A DNA stretch of 64,000 bases from Camelus dromedarius (lineage: Eukaryota). Under the pieces are notes generated by a model. The model worked only from the letters and a program-made list of their open reading frames with translations, ran no database searches and was not told the origin of the DNA. Positions within the stretch are counted from its first letter, which is position 1, and each line of letters begins with the position of its first letter. Positions 60,856-64,000 of this stretch are shown piece by piece. Where the stretch lies: assembly GCF_036321535.1 (NCBI RefSeq), contig NC_087458.1, positions 10,850,001 to 10,914,000 of the forward strand. The letters run 5' to 3'. A program made the position numbers and the translations under genes.

Positions 60856-61419
60856 AGCTGATTCCTCAGTGGCTTGTGGTTCTCATTGGTGGCAGTTAAT
60901 AGAGGGTGAGCAGGCTAACGGTCAGCAGGCTGAGACCCAAGGCACCTGTACAATTACACTAGTTCCGGAAGGAGAGGGAAATGGAGGATGCTCTGGTCTG
61001 GAATTGGGGAATGAAAGGAAATCTTGACTGCTCTCTCTGCTGTTGAGTTCTGCTCTTGTCCTTTAGCAGGGAGCCTACTGCTTTGGCCTGCAAGATGCCT
61101 GAGGAATGGTTTTGCAGGGCTAACATTCTTTGCCCACCAGGGATCTTTCCAACCCTATGTGGATACTTCTTCACTGGTCTGTGGGCTGGATCCAGGCCCT
61201 GCAGCTTCCCACATTCACACCCCTGCTCCCTGGGAATGATATGTGCTGGAAGTCGGAGGGCCATACCATGATTGTCGTATCTACATCCCTAAAGGCCACA
61301 GGATGGGGCGATGGTATTCTGTACTTTAGGGACTTGCTTTGGAGCGATGATTTAAAGACAATCCTGGGCAGAACAGGGAACTGGCGGTCCTAAAGTTGGC
61401 TGTGTTTCCATGGTGTCGG

Positions 61420-61702
61420 CGGCGGAGCCGAGGGGGCGGGTTCACGCAAGCGCCATGAAAGCGGGTGGGTGGACTCCGAGTGTGGGTGCGCAGGCGCTGT
61501 GAGAGACAGTGAAGCCGGTGGCCGGTGGCCGGGCGGGACCAACAAAGATGGCGGCGGCCCCTGCGGCGGGAGAGATCTGGGCGACAGCTGCTGCTAAAGC
61601 TGCAGCCGGGCCTGCAGGGGGGCTGCACGAGGGTAGGAGGGGGTGGCCCTGAGCTGGGGCCTGGCCCCGGCTGGCCTCCCCCACCGCCTCACCGGGGGAC
61701 AG
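61420..61702 (+). promoter_or_regulatory. USP21: USP21 CpG-island promoter and non-coding exon 1
   Basis: CpG island with a GC-box at about 61434. Donor GACAG|GTACGG at 61702/61703; the next acceptor CCCAG|GTCC is at 62530/62531. Confidence 0.7.
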
Positions 61703-62551
61703 GTACGGTCCGGGGCGTTATGGCGTGGAGGGGGGGGGAATGCCGAGGGAGGACTGCTCCAGACCCGAGAGATCGCCCTCCACCAAGGCAGAGCCGCGGG
61801 GAGCCCAGCAGGCCTGGGAGAACTGGGCTGGAGCGACAGCATCCGTGGATCGCGGAGAACACGCCGCCGGACTCCGTAGCCAATCAGCGGCCTCGGCCTT
61901 TCTGCCCTCGAGGGGGGCGGACCCGGTTAAGCCTGCTGTGGTGGGAGAGGTGCAGAGATTAGGGGTCAGGGAGTTGTTTGTCGTCCCTCCCGGCCACTGC
62001 CCCTGATCCCCGACACCACTTTGGAGCTCAGAGGTGGGGGAGGGAGTGATTCGCAAGTCACCCTTTTAGTCGGCTTCATTTGCAGCCCGGAGGGGCAGGG
62101 GTTTGAGTATTGAATGCTGTCTTATGGACTGTTAGACTTGCATCCACACCCTCATTTGACCAGAGGTCCTAAGTCACCCAGGGCACATCCCACTTGACTA
62201 GCCAGGTATGGGGGACCTTCATGAGCATTTAGATTATAAAGACAGCCAAGATAGAGACTACTATTGGCTCTCCAGTAAAGCTGTGTTCTGAAGGAAGAGG
62301 GTGAGGAATGTAGAAAGAGGCAAAGCCCTGGGCTACTACCATTCATTAATTCATTTACTTAATGGATACTAAGTATTTACTTTGTGCCAAACACTATGCT
62401 GGGTACTGGGGATACAGTGACTAACATCATAGACATGGTTCCTGCCCTCCATACATGTAGAAACTAGTATGGTAGCGTATGTTCTCATCTCCCTCCATAT
62501 TCAAATATTGACCCTCTCTTCTCCTCCCAGGTCCAGTCTGTGGTGTCCACA

Positions 62552-64000
62552 ATGCCCCAGGCTTCTGAGCACCGCTTGGGACGGACCCGAGAGCCACCTC
62601 TTAATGTCCAGCCCAGAGTGGGATCCAAGCTACCATTTGCTTCTCGGGCCCGGAGCAAGGAGCGCCGAAGCCCAGCCCCTGGGCCGAACCCTATGTTACG
62701 ACCTCTGCCTCCCAGGCCAGGTCCCCCTGAGGAACGGCTCAAGAAACTGGAGCTGGGACGCGGACGGACCTCAGGCCCCCGTCCCAGAGGCCCGCTTCGG
62801 GCAGATCATGGAGTTCCCCTGCCTGGCTCACCACCCCCAGCTGTGGCTCTGCCTCTCCCATCCAGGACCAACCTAGCTCGTTCCAAGTCTGTGAGCAGTG
62901 GAGACTTGCGTCCAATGGGGATTGCCTTGGGAGGGCATCGTGGCACTGGAGAGCTAGGAGCTGCACTGAGCCGCTTGGCTCTACGGCCTGAGCCACCCCC
63001 TTTGAGACGTAGCACCTCTCTCCGCCGCCTTGGGGGCTTTCCTGGGCCCCCCACCTTGCTCAGCATACGGACGGAGCCCCCTACTTCCCATGGCCCTTTC
63101 CACGTGATATCTGCCCGGCCCTCTGAGCCTTTCTACTCCAATGACAAGATGGTGAGGACTTGCCAGCACATACGGTCTTCCATGCCCGTGTTCTTCCATG
63201 CCTCCAGCTTTCTTGCCATCATATGGCTTTCCTTTCCCCCTTTTCCCCAAGTTCTTTTTCAACCCCTCATTACAGCAGTTTGGACTTTCCTCTCCCTTAC
63301 TTAAGTACCCTTGAGCCTCATAGGCCCTTTTCGGGGTTGTCTGTGACTACCCAGCATGATGTGCCATTTCAGTCCCCTGGGAATTAACTCAACCATTTGG
63401 AATTCTTCTTTGGGTCCCCAGGCCCTTACTTTCCCTTGCTGTACCTTCTCTCCTGGGATGCAGCCTAGGCCTAATTAATCTCTGGAGCCCAAGAGGGGCG
63501 GGCTTAGAACATCTGAGCTAGTGTGGTTGCCCATTTCCCAAGCTAAGTAAGCTAGGCTGATTGCAGTTGGAGCCATCAGGAGAGGGTGCAGGAAGTGGCC
63601 ACGGGTGCAGGAGGGGGTCTTGGGGGTAGCAAGGTTGGGGTGGGGAGCAACTGGGCAACCATGCCAGTGCTTGGGGAGTTGCCCCAGGAGCTGTATCGCC
63701 GGCTAGCTGGGCAAAGGAGTAAGTGGGCAACAGGTGGGACAGCCATGGCTGAGTCCGTGGTACACTCAGCTGTGATGGGCTTACTGCTCATGGCCAGTGA
63801 GGTAGGGAGACCCCAATACCCAGTGAGGGAGAGTGTGGAGTTTGGGGGTGAAGGCTGGGGTTGGGGAGGCAGTGGGCAGCATGCTGTCGAAAGGTTAAAG
63901 TGCCAGGTGGGATATATGGGAACCCGCTGACTGTACTCTGACCTTCCAGGCTCATCACACACTGCTTCTGGGCTCCGGTCATGTTGGCCTCCGAAATCTG
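62552..64000 (+). CDS. USP21: Ubiquitin carboxyl-terminal hydrolase 21 (5' part; truncated by the window end)
   Basis: Exon 62552-63151 (MPQASEHRLGRTREPP...SNDKM, 200 codons, donor GTGAGG) and exon 63950-64000+ (AHHTLLLGSGHVGLRNL, start of the USP Cys-box). Confidence 0.96.

Noticed and set aside
63152-63949. Continuation of the USP21 ORF and other ORFs past 63151
   Set aside because: Intronic: strong donor at 63152 and acceptor at 63949 restore the known USP21 frame.
1-64000. CRISPR arrays, rRNA, operons or other prokaryotic systems
   Set aside because: The sequence is mammalian, with spliceosomal introns and SINE/LINE repeats; no regularly spaced direct repeats were seen.

Overview
Gene-dense mammalian genomic DNA, orthologous to the human 1q23.3 block NECTIN4-KLHDC9-PFDN2-NIT1-DEDD-UFC1-USP21. 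It is probably a camelid, because it carries three copies of a tRNA-derived SINE resembling Vic-1 and no Alu or Bov-tA was recognised. I reconstructed exon structures by hand from GT/AG sites and reading frames: NECTIN4 exon 1 (-), complete KLHDC9 (+), PFDN2 (-), NIT1 (+), DEDD (-), UFC1 (+) and the 5' part of USP21 (+). Five N-gaps are present; three of them hide coding sequence of PFDN2 or DEDD. The main unexpected result is a compact, intron-containing, disabled immunoglobulin-superfamily gene at about 12.8-14.3 kb (-), between NECTIN4 and KLHDC9. It has a signal-peptide exon, an IgV exon, an IgC exon, a TM-like exon and an AATAAA, and looks B7/butyrophilin-like. It is invisible in the ORF track because of at least 8 stop codons and 2 frameshifts, yet all six splice sites are canonical. 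Other notable items are a three-exon uORF in DEDD that is in frame with the main ORF, a CpG-decayed inverted duplicate of the DEDD promoter flank, a split start codon in NIT1, overlapping NIT1/DEDD 3' ends, and RFX X-boxes at KLHDC9. Gene identities rest on recalled protein sequences. Repeat-family names and boundaries are by-eye approximations; no searches were run.
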